Below are positions 38,233-47,794 of a DNA stretch of 64,000 bases, piece after piece. Source of the DNA: a virus; the IMG/VR virus record IMGVR_UViG_3300028563_000018, positions 8,873 through 72,872 of that record, one strand, 5' to 3'. A model generated the notes under the pieces. It saw only the letters and a list, made by a program, of their open reading frames with translations. It ran no database searches and was not told the DNA's origin. The position numbers and the translations under genes were made by a program. The first letter of the stretch is position 1; each line of letters opens with the position of its first letter.

Positions 38233-40083
38233 TCAGGCGTCCCGCAACGACCAGGAGTTCTGCTTCGTCACATAGAAGGTGCTCAAGCGAACGTGCCCTT
38301 TCTCGTGCAGGGCAATTCGCACGCCTGGAGGCGTGACTGTGTGCATCGCCACGGCGTGACCCGGTGTCATCGAAACGCCGACACCAGTCAGGAACAGCGT
38401 CCTTGAGGCGTAGTCGGCGAAGGACACCCCAAAATGGACGGAACACACCGCGCCAGATGGCAACACCGTCACGTGTGTATGAAGATTCGGAACTCCGACG
38501 TGGATCACACAAGACGCACCGGTTGCCATGATTCCGTTCGAGCTCACCAGCGGCGAACCAGCGGCAGCGGCACTCGCCAATCCAGAGGGCAAGATCACGT
38601 AACGACTATGAAGAGTGCACGAGCCAGCACTCGCGGACGACGCAACACCCGAAGGATGAATCTTTATCGTGCTAAGGAGCGTCACGGAGCCAGGGGTGGC
38701 AGCAACCGCCAGACTAGGGACCGCGATCGAGCCAGCTCGCGAAATAACGGTGTTGCCGGCCGTCACAGAAACGGCCTTCCCTGCGGGATGCATCGCGTAG
38801 CTCGGCGTCACGCTCGTTGATCCGGCGGTACAGGAAATCGACTTCCCTGTGGTGCTGATGTGCGCAATCGACTTCACACCCGGCGCGCCTGGCGTAACAG
38901 AGCAAACGAACCCCGTCGAAGAAATCGATACGGCGCCGGGATGCAGCACGACAGATCCACATGTCACCGAGCACGCGAGTCCAGACGGAAGGACGTGTGC
39001 GATCGACTTGACGGCAGGGGTCCCGGTGGCAACCGAACACGAGAACCCAGTCGTCGAGACAGTAACGGCGCCTGCGTGCATTGAGATGGATCCCGCGGTG
39101 ACGCTGCATGAAGCGCCCGTCACGGCAACAGTGTTACGTCCCTTGACGGTCGGCGAACCCACATTGACCGAGCACGAGAACCCAGTCAGCGACCTCGAAA
39201 CGGACCCCGGATGCAAGATCGGCGCACCACACGCGACCGAACAGGAGAAACCAGTAGCCGAGATATATGAAATACCTTTCACAGTTGCGGATCCCGCCGT
39301 GACCGTGATGGCTTTTCCGGTTGTCGAAAGAGTGTTCTTGCTCTTTACGCTGACTGATCCTGGAGTCACCGTGCAAGCGACGCCAGTCGGGCTGATCGTT
39401 TGGAGCGGAGGTGCCGCCTTCCAGAGGGCGACACAAGCCGCCCACGTACCCGAGACGCTGAGCGTGGCCTGGTAAGTCTGTGCAGTCGCCGAAGAGAGAA
39501 TGGCAGACCCAGTGATGGCGTTGTTCGATGACGCCGTCAGCGCTCCATGCGTGACTTCGGTCCCAGCGCCGAACGGTGAAAACTGTCGCGACGACACGGT
39601 GGTCGCACTACCACTGCCAGACAGAAACGCTATGCAGCCGATCGCCAGGTCCGCAGATCCGGCAGGAGTACCCGACGACCCAGAGGACGGAGACGTACTC
39701 GAAGCAGGCGTTCCTGCGTGAGAAACGTCAAGCGCCCCGGCGCCAGCGACCTCATAGAACTGCGATTGAACACCAGTCGAGTCGGCGAGCGCGATCGTAA
39801 AACTCGTGATGGATGCGGCGTTGGTGGTTGCCCAAATCGACGCTTCGCGATTGAACGCCGCGGTCGAAGAGACAATGCGCGTCCAAGTGTTGCCGGCGCT
39901 GTCGGTGACGCCCGTGACTTCCGGGTTGCCCGAGAAGTCAAACTTACTCAGCGTTGCGATCGCAAGGATCAGAAGCGCTCCTGCGGCAGTTGCCGTCAGT
40001 CCAGTCTTCTGATGTGAGGTTGCATTGGTCGCATCGTCGTAGGTGACGCCTGCGCCGCTACCATTCGTGATCGTGATTGCCAC
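38233..40083 (-). CDS. fibre protein with N-terminal beta domain and repeat stalk
   Basis: VTDSAGNTWT domain, then many (P/T)xG(F/V)(S/A)CSVxxGxxxV repeats. Confidence 0.8.
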   Translation of the reverse strand: MAITITNGSGAGVTYDDATNATSHQKTGLTATAAGALLILAIATLSKFDFSGNPEVTGVTDSAGNTWTRIVSSTAAFNREASIWATTNAASITSFTIALADSTGVQSQFYEVAGAGALDVSHAGTPASSTSPSSGSSGTPAGSADLAIGCIAFLSGSGSATTVSSRQFSPFGAGTEVTHGALTASSNNAITGSAILSSATAQTYQATLSVSGTWAACVALWKAAPPLQTISPTGVACTVTPGSVSVKSKNTLSTTGKAITVTAGSATVKGISYISATGFSCSVACGAPILHPGSVSRSLTGFSCSVNVGSPTVKGRNTVAVTGASCSVTAGSISMHAGAVTVSTTGFSCSVATGTPAVKSIAHVLPSGLACSVTCGSVVLHPGAVSISSTGFVCSVTPGAPGVKSIAHISTTGKSISCTAGSTSVTPSYAMHPAGKAVSVTAGNTVISRAGSIAVPSLAVAATPGSVTLLSTIKIHPSGVASSASAGSCTLHSRYVILPSGLASAAAAGSPLVSSNGIMATGASCVIHVGVPNLHTHVTVLPSGAVCSVHFGVSFADYASRTLFLTGVGVSMTPGHAVAMHTVTPPGVRIALHEKGHVRLSTFYVTKQNSWSLRDA

Positions 40084-40111
40084 CGTGTTACCTCCCGGCG
40101 GATAACCCCGA

Positions 40112-40540
40112 TCAGTTCAGGCTGAAGATGCGGTTGTTCCCGTTGTCGAAGGACACTGCGATGTCGCCGCCGTTGGGCGTGACGGCCGTGAAACCATCGA
40201 TGTAGAGAATCGGCGTCGACCCGGCGTCGTTCGTCACGAACTTGTAGACGACGAGCGCAGCAACGGTCTTCGATCCGGATACCGAAACGGCCGTGAAGGT
40301 CGCGTCAGCCGCGTCGAATGCGATGACGTGCGAGTTGGTCACGATCGACAATGAACCGAGGGTCTGGTCTGTCGTCGATGCGTACCGAGTGATCGGCGTC
40401 ATCGACGTCTGAGTGAGGTCAACCGTGTAGTCGGTGGCGACGTTGATCAGACCGATCTTGATCGTGTCCGAGTCGAGGTCGATGCGCGTTCCGGTCCCAA
40501 GGAACGCCTGCTTCGCAACGTCGTACAGGGCGGATGCCAT
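40112..40540 (-). CDS. structural protein (putative fibre base)
   Basis: DLDSDTIK...FDAAD.TF...NGGDI.V; lies between capsid and fibre genes. Confidence 0.7.
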   Translation of the reverse strand: MASALYDVAKQAFLGTGTRIDLDSDTIKIGLINVATDYTVDLTQTSMTPITRYASTTDQTLGSLSIVTNSHVIAFDAADATFTAVSVSGSKTVAALVVYKFVTNDAGSTPILYIDGFTAVTPNGGDIAVSFDNGNNRIFSLN

Positions 40541-40541
40541 G

Positions 40542-40844
40542 TCAACTCACTTCCCCGGCGGTGACTTCGGCCACTACGCCATCGGCTTCGATCGCCTGTG
40601 CTGCTGGTTGCACAGCGCCGCAGTTCTTGCAGAAGTTCTCTCCGCCTGACTGCGAACCACAGCTCGCGCAGATCGCGGGTCCACCAAGTGCCGACTGCAA
40701 CGCCGCGTCGGCCTTGCGATACGCGTCGTTTACTGCGACACGCTTGGCCTTCCACTCGGTTTCGACGACTGCGTACTCGGCCTCGAACGCGCCGATCGCT
40801 TCGGCCGCTGCGTCGTGCTGGGCTTGCAGTTCTGCGAGTTCCAC
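40542..40844 (-). CDS. coiled-coil plus zinc-ribbon protein
   Basis: AAGGAG RBS plus GTG; CASCG...FCKNCG. Confidence 0.65.
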   Translation of the reverse strand: MELAELQAQHDAAAEAIGAFEAEYAVVETEWKAKRVAVNDAYRKADAALQSALGGPAICASCGSQSGGENFCKNCGAVQPAAQAIEADGVVAEVTAGEVS

Positions 40845-40871
40845 GAGAATTTCTCCTTGGTTGGGATGACC

Positions 40872-40909
40872 CGCCTCCGACCGTGACCGCAAAACCACGG
40901 TCGGAGGCG
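40872..40909 (-). terminator. perfect 14-bp hairpin after the major capsid gene
   Basis: CGCCTCCGACCGTG-N10-CACGGTCGGAGGCG; no U-tract. Confidence 0.6.
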
Positions 40910-40927
40910 TCTCTCAGCCCCCCGAGA

Positions 40928-42100
40928 TCAGGTAGCAAGCACCTCGAGCACATAGGACAGGTCGAGGTGAGGGAACACCGGGAACGCCTTGATGCCGGTG
41001 CCTGCGTCGATGCCCCACGGGTCTTGCGAGGGCGGCGTCTCCCACTCGTAGTACCCGGAGGTCCAGTTGCCCTCGGGGTGTGGCGAGGTGAGCGTCTTGC
41101 CCCAACCCATCGCGTCGTCGAGCGCGTCGACCGACTGCTGCGAAGGCAGGAACAGGATCTTGTTGTCCGGCGAGAAGCGGTGCATGGTCCGCGTCGTCGC
41201 ACCGTGCGCCCGAGTGAAGAACACCGAGTCGTACGGCTGAATCGAGATGCCTGTCGCTCGCTGGAACACGGCGAGTGCGGCTTGGATGCCGTCGCCCCAG
41301 TCGGGCAGCACGTACCGAGGGTCGATGACCCCCGACGACGGACCACCAGCGACCGCCATGCCGGTGAGCGCAGCGAACTTGGAGCTCGTGACGATGTTGC
41401 GGATGACCTTCTCGGAAGCGAGAGCACGAGTGATCTCGACGCCGTAGTTGTCACGCATGAACTGCTTGACGGTGAGAGCGTTGCCGATTGGGTCGGCAGA
41501 GGTGCTGTCCCACGGCGTCACCGACGCGCCAGCCGAAGTCGTGGACAACGGAGCGCCACCGGTCTGCTGACCCGCCGGACGCTTGTAGTCGACGCTCAGG
41601 ATGACCTTGCCGTCGTTGTAGGCGATCACGCCTTCCCACATGGCCTGCATGATCAGCCACTCGAGACGGTTGTCGAGCTTCTTGCGCCGAAGGACCGCGT
41701 CACGCGCGTACCGACGATTGAAGTCGTCGAGGATGCCCGTCGTGATGGTGAGCGGAAGCGCGGACGGAAGCAGACCGTTGAGGTAGATCGCCTCCTGATA
41801 CTTCGACACGTCGCTCGCCTGGTAGTGGTCCTTGATCGCCCAGTCGATGAGCGACGCCTGCCCCGTACCGAAGGTGTCTTCCTTCGCTGCGAGTTCGGAC
41901 TCAGCGTCCTCTGCGCGAGCAGAGGCCAGACCGTCGGCCGTGTTCTGCACGTACTGGAAGATCACGTCATCGCTGTTGACGCTCTCAAACGGTGCGTACA
42001 GGTTGAGCCCGATGTGATCCTCAGGGAAGGAGCGCTCGCGGATGAGCCCGAGCATCTCTTCCTTGCGAACCAAACGATCCTGTGACGGGAACGTCGCCAT
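40928..42100 (-). CDS. major capsid protein (gpE-like)
   Basis: 390 aa after the decoration gene; RLEWLIMQAM..G, DPI, terminal DP......G..AFP. Confidence 0.9.
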   Translation of the reverse strand: MATFPSQDRLVRKEEMLGLIRERSFPEDHIGLNLYAPFESVNSDDVIFQYVQNTADGLASARAEDAESELAAKEDTFGTGQASLIDWAIKDHYQASDVSKYQEAIYLNGLLPSALPLTITTGILDDFNRRYARDAVLRRKKLDNRLEWLIMQAMWEGVIAYNDGKVILSVDYKRPAGQQTGGAPLSTTSAGASVTPWDSTSADPIGNALTVKQFMRDNYGVEITRALASEKVIRNIVTSSKFAALTGMAVAGGPSSGVIDPRYVLPDWGDGIQAALAVFQRATGISIQPYDSVFFTRAHGATTRTMHRFSPDNKILFLPSQQSVDALDDAMGWGKTLTSPHPEGNWTSGYYEWETPPSQDPWGIDAGTGIKAFPVFPHLDLSYVLEVLAT

Positions 42101-42109
42101 CTTCCGAAT

Positions 42110-42160
42110 CTCCTCGTACCGTGGGTTTGTGACGGAGTCGCTTTGCCGGCAGGCCCGTCA
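42110..42160 (-). ncRNA. structured leader motif, copy 4
   Basis: UGACGGG/UCCGUCA stem, loop CCUGCCGGCAAAGCGAC, tail AAACCCACGGUACGAGGAG (capsid RBS). Confidence 0.7.
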
Positions 42161-42177
42161 GGGATTGATCTTGCGTG

Positions 42178-42717
42178 TTACGACGGCAGCGGGAACTGGC
42201 CGTAGTCGGGCCCGAGGACCGCGGTTGCGGCCTGGCGGAAGATGATCTGCATCTTGGCGCCCTGAAAATCGGTGAGCGCCAAAATCGAGTCGGTCACGAG
42301 CTGGTCGAGCGTCTTCTGCACGCCGGACTCGTATCCGTGGACATTGGCGGAGTTGCCAACCCCTTCGTAGACGATCGCGATGTCCACATCGCGCTCGTTC
42401 AACTGCCAGGGCAGGAACGTGTTGTTGATGCCGATGATGTTCGCCTTCGTCTGGCGGCCATCCGAGGCACCACTGTCGAAGGGACCGACCTTGCCGACGT
42501 CGGCTGCGACGGTCCCACCAGCGGCGCTGGTGATCTTCGCCATGATCTGGCCGGTGTCGAGAATCACCATCGCGTTGCCGTCGATCGTGACACTCGGGCA
42601 AACCGCACACGCGACAGTCCACGACTCGAAGCGCAGACCCTTCGTGCTGCCGAGCCACTCGTTCTTGCCGAACGGCGTGCGGTAGTTCGGTCCCTTTTGG
42701 AAGCGGCCGGTGGTCAT
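42178..42717 (-). CDS. head decoration protein
   Basis: G..MAKIT...GP.D..ASDGRQ; between protease/scaffold and capsid genes. Confidence 0.8.
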   Translation of the reverse strand: MTTGRFQKGPNYRTPFGKNEWLGSTKGLRFESWTVACAVCPSVTIDGNAMVILDTGQIMAKITSAAGGTVAADVGKVGPFDSGASDGRQTKANIIGINNTFLPWQLNERDVDIAIVYEGVGNSANVHGYESGVQKTLDQLVTDSILALTDFQGAKMQIIFRQAATAVLGPDYGQFPLPS

Positions 42718-42763
42718 GCTGACTCCTCGTGATCTCTTTCAGGAAACTGGTGGAAACGCGAAC

Positions 42764-43828
42764 TCAGACGATCGCGTCGGCCGGACTGAGGACGATCAAC
42801 CGCTGATAGCCAGCGGTCTTCTTGATCGCTTCGTCGCTCATGTTGGTGGAGCGGTGCATCGAGATCGTCTTGCGAAGACTCGCGATCTCCTGCTCCTGAG
42901 CATTGGCGCCCCCGTTGTTGTCGGTGTTGCCGTCGCCGGAGCTGGTCTGCTTCTTGAAGAGCGTCGGCGCGTTGTCGTAGGTCTTGCACCACGCCGCATA
43001 CGCCGCGTCGTCGAGGGACTTGGCGAAGGTCTTGAGGTCATCCGCTTGCGGAGCGCCAACCTTGTTGTCGGTGACGAGCTTGTCGACGAAGGCTTCGCGA
43101 CCGGCCGTCAGTTGCTCCGAGCGGAAGGTCTGGAGAGCCATGTTCTCGGTCTCCAGTGAAGCGATGTGCTCCTGCACCTTCGCGTAGTCGGCGACGTCGG
43201 CACCGGCGATGCGGAACGTCTGCCCAGCTTCGGGGCGCTTTTCGAGCTCGGCGATGTACGCCTGCACGTCCTCGACGTTAGAAGTCTCGACGCCGCGGAT
43301 GCGAAAGGTCGTGGTCACTGGATCCTCCGTTGATTCACGGCGAAAGCCCAAGCCTTCGACCGCCGAAATGTCGACAAACGCCATCCCGAGTAGTGCCGGG
43401 TACAGCGTTTCGGGGGTTGCTCCGTTGGTCTCGTACGGGCCAACTTCGATGGAGCGGTTGCGGTACGTCTTGCGGGCGTACTTCTCGGCGCCGTCGGGTT
43501 CGGTGAACTCGATGTCACCAGTGAGGAACTCGCCGTCGACGCGAACGCCGGTGAAGTAACCCTTGACCTTCTCGACCGAGAACCCGTGGTCAGCGCGCAC
43601 GGGCGGGCTCGGGAACACGGGCTGCAACTTCTGGAAGTTGGCAACGATGTTCTGAAGGTCGTCAGTCGTCCAGGTGCGCTGGACACCGCGCGAGTCCTTG
43701 AAGGTCCCGGCGCGGAAGATCTTCAAGCCACGAACGATCTTCGTCCCTCGATCCGTATCTTCCAGAGGCGGCATACCCTCGGAGATTGCGAAGAGGTGGC
43801 TCGTGTGCTCGAGCTCGGTAACGGTCAC
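42764..43828 (-). CDS. capsid maturation protease-scaffold
   Basis: IFRAG.F, PV..DH, G, Y..RS.E, L.G.AF...AVEGL (Mu gpI-like) plus helical C-half. Confidence 0.82.
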   Translation of the reverse strand: MTVTELEHTSHLFAISEGMPPLEDTDRGTKIVRGLKIFRAGTFKDSRGVQRTWTTDDLQNIVANFQKLQPVFPSPPVRADHGFSVEKVKGYFTGVRVDGEFLTGDIEFTEPDGAEKYARKTYRNRSIEVGPYETNGATPETLYPALLGMAFVDISAVEGLGFRRESTEDPVTTTFRIRGVETSNVEDVQAYIAELEKRPEAGQTFRIAGADVADYAKVQEHIASLETENMALQTFRSEQLTAGREAFVDKLVTDNKVGAPQADDLKTFAKSLDDAAYAAWCKTYDNAPTLFKKQTSSGDGNTDNNGGANAQEQEIASLRKTISMHRSTNMSDEAIKKTAGYQRLIVLSPADAIV

Positions 43829-43887
43829 GAGTGAGCACGATAAATGGACGTCTTACGAGTGCGCCACGGTTGCACGCAAATCTTTAT

Positions 43888-44157
43888 CTAAATAACGCGC
43901 GCCAGCACTCTCGGGATAGGTTCATCAGGTTGAACCTCGACGCGGTCTTTGCCAACAATGACCTGCGTCCACCTGAGACATTCCCGGCATGCGACGTCCA
44001 CAGTGCCGGCCGTCACGACGACTTCACCGAACACGCGACCCTGCTTGAACACCTTCAGGTGGACATACGCCTCACCGCGTTCGGTGATACCGTAGACCGC
44101 GAGTTTGGGATGGCGCGAACAGAAGCAGCGCAAGTCGTGCTCTGTGCGCGCGGGCAT
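43888..44157 (-). CDS. zinc-finger protein, Mu Com-like pattern
   Basis: DLRCFCSRHPKLA...VDVACREC; coupled to the portal stop. Confidence 0.6.
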   Translation of the reverse strand: MPARTEHDLRCFCSRHPKLAVYGITERGEAYVHLKVFKQGRVFGEVVVTAGTVDVACRECLRWTQVIVGKDRVEVQPDEPIPRVLARVI

Positions 44158-45926
44158 CAGACCAGCTCGCCCTCAAGCACCGTCTCGAACATGCTTCGGA
44201 ACTCCGACGTGAGGTCCACGACCGGGAACACATCCGTCGCCCACACCTCAAGCCGGTACAAGATCTCATCGGCCTCGTCGGCGTCGCCCACCACGTCGGC
44301 GAACTGACGACGGAATCCCAGGTCGGGATCGAACTGCTCGACGCCGTCGTACTTCGCCTTTTGGAACTGCGCTGTGATGCGCTCGGCGAGCTTGTGTCGA
44401 ATGACGCCAGCGTCGCCAGACTTCGGGACCTTGCGGTCCTGGTGCGACCCACGCGAGATCCGCTTGTCGCGTTGACGCGTAGTGGCTGGCGTGCTCGACG
44501 GGGGCGTGCTCGACGTGGGAATCGTTGGCGCTTCGGGGATCGGGCCACTCGGATTCGCTGTCGGATGGTCCGGATCCTCGCCCAGCACATTCGTCGGACG
44601 CACGAGCATCGAGATGTCTTCCAGGGTGATCCCGATGGCTTCACCGAGCTCGAATGCCGACGGCTTCACGTCGCCGACACGAACCGACTCCATCACAAGA
44701 GCGCGCAGCGTCTCCTGGTTGTCCTTCCCGAACTTCTTCGGAACCCACTGGGCCGGCGGAGCATTCACGCCGAAGTTCAGGTCCTTGATGCGCTTGATGA
44801 GATAGCGATCGATGTACTCTTTCCAGTCTCCAGAGAAGGCGTTGAGACTCCACATGTAGACCATCATGTGGACCTGCACCTGGTTGAGACTGCCGTTCTC
44901 GCCAAGTCGCATGCTGGACAGCGGCGTGAACATCCCAAGCGAGATCTCCTCGTCGAGACGCATCAAGTACCGCTCCCAGTCGGCACCGCGCATCTGGGAC
45001 TCAAGAAACTCGATATCGAAGTCGTATTCGCTCGCCCCACCGTTGCCGACCGGCGTGCGCGAACTCGGCAGCACGACGACGCCACGGTTCCTCAAGTTCA
45101 TGAGGATGTCTTCCATTGCAGTCTTGCCGTTGACGGTGTTGCCGTTAGCGTCGACCACTTCGCTCTCGAAATCGGCACGTCCTACCGGCACGGGCTCGCC
45201 GAACCGTTCGTAGTACCGATTTGAGAACAAGTGGATCAACTGCGAGAAGAACCAAGGGATGAAGGCGGGCTTGAGGAGCTTGCGACCGTAGTAGTCGCCG
45301 TTCCGCATGAGGCACGGGTACCAGAGCGTGTAGTCAGCCGGAATCACATTGGCGCCACCGGCACGCCCGAACGCCGTCTGCCAGATGCCGTCGTACTCGT
45401 AGAGTTTCACTGGAGCAAAGCCGCCGGGGAGCGACGGCGACCCCTGAACCTCTTTCCAGTTGACGCGACACTCTTCGGGAAGAAGATCTTTGATCTTGGA
45501 GACGATGATGCTCTTACTGGGACCGTCGTTGTCGTACTCGACTACGTTGGGCGAGAAGCCGAGCGTGAACGCCTGCGAGAGCCCGCGCACGAGTCGCGTC
45601 CAAACTGGACGTAGGATGTCGTCGATCTTCTTGGCGATGCGCGCGTCGTCGCACTGAATTTGCCAATCATTCTGGTGCATCATGAACATCAGGATCGACG
45701 TGGACGCGTTCACCTGGTAATGCGGCTCCATCGCTCGGTAATCGGCGAGCGTCAGCTTCGACAGGTCGAATGCGAGGGTCGCACCCCCCGGGAAGTTCAA
45801 GTAGGTGAGATCGCGCCCCGCCCATGCGCCGTACTGTGGACCGAGCTTCGGCGCTGGAGCCTTCGTGTAAGTCGCGTCAGCTCGCGCACTCTGTGGGATC
45901 CAGAGCGAGGACGCAGCACTCATCAA
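44157..45926 (-). CDS. portal protein (DUF935/Mu gp29-like)
   Basis: Follows terminase; YGR.LL...F.PW, YERFGEP, I..LNFG. Confidence 0.88.
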   Translation of the reverse strand: MMSAASSLWIPQSARADATYTKAPAPKLGPQYGAWAGRDLTYLNFPGGATLAFDLSKLTLADYRAMEPHYQVNASTSILMFMMHQNDWQIQCDDARIAKKIDDILRPVWTRLVRGLSQAFTLGFSPNVVEYDNDGPSKSIIVSKIKDLLPEECRVNWKEVQGSPSLPGGFAPVKLYEYDGIWQTAFGRAGGANVIPADYTLWYPCLMRNGDYYGRKLLKPAFIPWFFSQLIHLFSNRYYERFGEPVPVGRADFESEVVDANGNTVNGKTAMEDILMNLRNRGVVVLPSSRTPVGNGGASEYDFDIEFLESQMRGADWERYLMRLDEEISLGMFTPLSSMRLGENGSLNQVQVHMMVYMWSLNAFSGDWKEYIDRYLIKRIKDLNFGVNAPPAQWVPKKFGKDNQETLRALVMESVRVGDVKPSAFELGEAIGITLEDISMLVRPTNVLGEDPDHPTANPSGPIPEAPTIPTSSTPPSSTPATTRQRDKRISRGSHQDRKVPKSGDAGVIRHKLAERITAQFQKAKYDGVEQFDPDLGFRRQFADVVGDADEADEILYRLEVWATDVFPVVDLTSEFRSMFETVLEGELV

Positions 45927-47794
45927 GGTCTCCAGGTCGTAGGAGGCAACGGAGCACGGACACCCGAAGCCCCCATAAATGCGGGGTGCGAGAGGCCGGA
46001 TCCGCCAACTGCAACTTGTTGTTCCTGTCGCTCTTGCCGACGGTTCTCAAACGAGACGACTTTGCGTCGAAAGGCTCGATCGCCCATCAGCTTGTAAGTG
46101 ACAGCCGCTACAGCATCGGCTACGTCCTTGGAGCCGCGCAAGGCTGGGTGGTCGATCTTCTTGCCCTGATCGACGAGTTCAGACATCTCTTTCAAGATGA
46201 TCGGCACCAACTCCGTCGAGCCATGATCGATGTGAACCATGTAAGGAGGCAATTCGATGCGGTCTTCGTACAGAGCGTCGCGCAGGTCGTAGTAAGGCAC
46301 GAGATCCTTGTCGACCGAAACAACCTCACTGAAGATTCGACGCGCCTGCAACTGCTGGCGCGTGTCGACGCCCTGGAAGCCGTCGAGGCTCACGAACTTC
46401 AACTTGAACTTTCGATAGTCCTTCAACGAATAGATGAACTGGCGAACAGCTTGCAGGTATACCTCGCCACCTGCGGGAGCCTTCACGCGGTAGCAGAGGT
46501 CGATGACGATGTAGGGCTTGAGTTCGCCGCCGACTTCCTCGACGCCCTGAACGTGACCCATCGCGAACCCAAGGCTGTCGCCCTTGGCGCTGTAGGCGAT
46601 GTCGATGTGACCGACACGCGGGATCGAATCCGTCGCCATGAAATCGCGATCGAGAATTCCCTCCGGCGACACCGGCGACACCGGGCCGTATCGTTGCTGC
46701 CAGCGATCGATCGCTTCCTCGATCTTGTGCGGCATGCTGATGAATGGATCGCCGACCGCCGGCGGGATGCCAGCGAGGTCTTTCAGTGCCTTCTCGGGCG
46801 CCGAGTCGAACTCGCGCTTGTAGAGCGTCGGGATTCTGATGATCGTGTCGCTCGAGCCGAGCACCGTCGCGAGCTGTTCGGTGATGACCTGCTTGCGCTT
46901 CGTGTCGTACGGAAAGGTGTGGTACTCGCCACACGTAGCGCCGACAGCAAGCGCCTCATTCTCGGGGTGCGGGCCAACCTTCTTGCACTGATACTGCTCA
47001 TGCTTGAGCCCGTACGACTCCCAAATCGTCATACGCTTCGCGTAGGCGTCGTCCCGATCGCTGAACTCTTCAAACATCCGGTGAGCGAACCCGTCCCCGC
47101 TCTTCATCTGCCCGATGACGAGCACGAAACCCTTGTCGCCGAACCGGGAATCGACACGGTTGGCGATGGTCTCGTAACCGATCTGCGCGTAGTCCTTGGT
47201 CGCCGTGACGATGTGCGAGTCGGCCTCGTCGAGGATGCCGCCCAGGATGTTGTAGCCCTCAAAGGTCGTCTCGTGACTGTCGCCAGGAAGGATCCAGATC
47301 TCTTTCGGAAATCGAAGTTGGTTCTTGAAGATCGGATCGTACGGGAAGTTCTGAAACCACCGCGAGTGCTTGATCCGTGCCTTAATATCGCCGAAGACGA
47401 CTTCCTTGGCTTGCGTCTCACTCGTCGACATCTGCATGAAGGCGATGCGCGAACCGGGCAGCAGGTTGTAGTACTCCTGCGGATCTTCCATGCAGAGCAC
47501 GTAGTGGGAGAGATAACTCAGAATCACCGATGCAATTGTCGTCTTGCCGATCCCAATCGCGCCGGTCAAGATCCCGCGCGCGACCTCCGTGATGTGGTCG
47601 CCTGAGGTCTCCTCGCCAAACAGATCAACGAGACACTCCTTGATGGAGGTGCGGATCCGAGCGGCGACATCGAGGTAGCCGACATCGAGAAACTCTAGGA
47701 TCGTTGCCGGCCGTTGCTCAAACTGGGAATTCTTCTTCAGCCAGTTGAGTTCGTAGACCTGGTCAAAACTCGGAGTCGTCAGGCTCTTCGCCAT
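45923..47794 (-). CDS. terL: terminase large subunit
   Basis: Walker A GAIGIGKT, Walker B ILDEAD, nuclease HIDIA...D and KDVADAVA; start chosen by RBS. Confidence 0.92.
   Translation of the reverse strand: MAKSLTTPSFDQVYELNWLKKNSQFEQRPATILEFLDVGYLDVAARIRTSIKECLVDLFGEETSGDHITEVARGILTGAIGIGKTTIASVILSYLSHYVLCMEDPQEYYNLLPGSRIAFMQMSTSETQAKEVVFGDIKARIKHSRWFQNFPYDPIFKNQLRFPKEIWILPGDSHETTFEGYNILGGILDEADSHIVTATKDYAQIGYETIANRVDSRFGDKGFVLVIGQMKSGDGFAHRMFEEFSDRDDAYAKRMTIWESYGLKHEQYQCKKVGPHPENEALAVGATCGEYHTFPYDTKRKQVITEQLATVLGSSDTIIRIPTLYKREFDSAPEKALKDLAGIPPAVGDPFISMPHKIEEAIDRWQQRYGPVSPVSPEGILDRDFMATDSIPRVGHIDIAYSAKGDSLGFAMGHVQGVEEVGGELKPYIVIDLCYRVKAPAGGEVYLQAVRQFIYSLKDYRKFKLKFVSLDGFQGVDTRQQLQARRIFSEVVSVDKDLVPYYDLRDALYEDRIELPPYMVHIDHGSTELVPIILKEMSELVDQGKKIDHPALRGSKDVADAVAAVTYKLMGDRAFRRKVVSFENRRQERQEQQVAVGGSGLSHPAFMGASGVRAPLPPTTWRP

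Noticed and set aside
5106-47605. Long antisense ORFs (5106-6728, 15242-16627, 40598-42085, 45824-47605 and others)
   Set aside because: Shadows of high-GC3 genes on the opposite strand; no motifs, RBS or coupling
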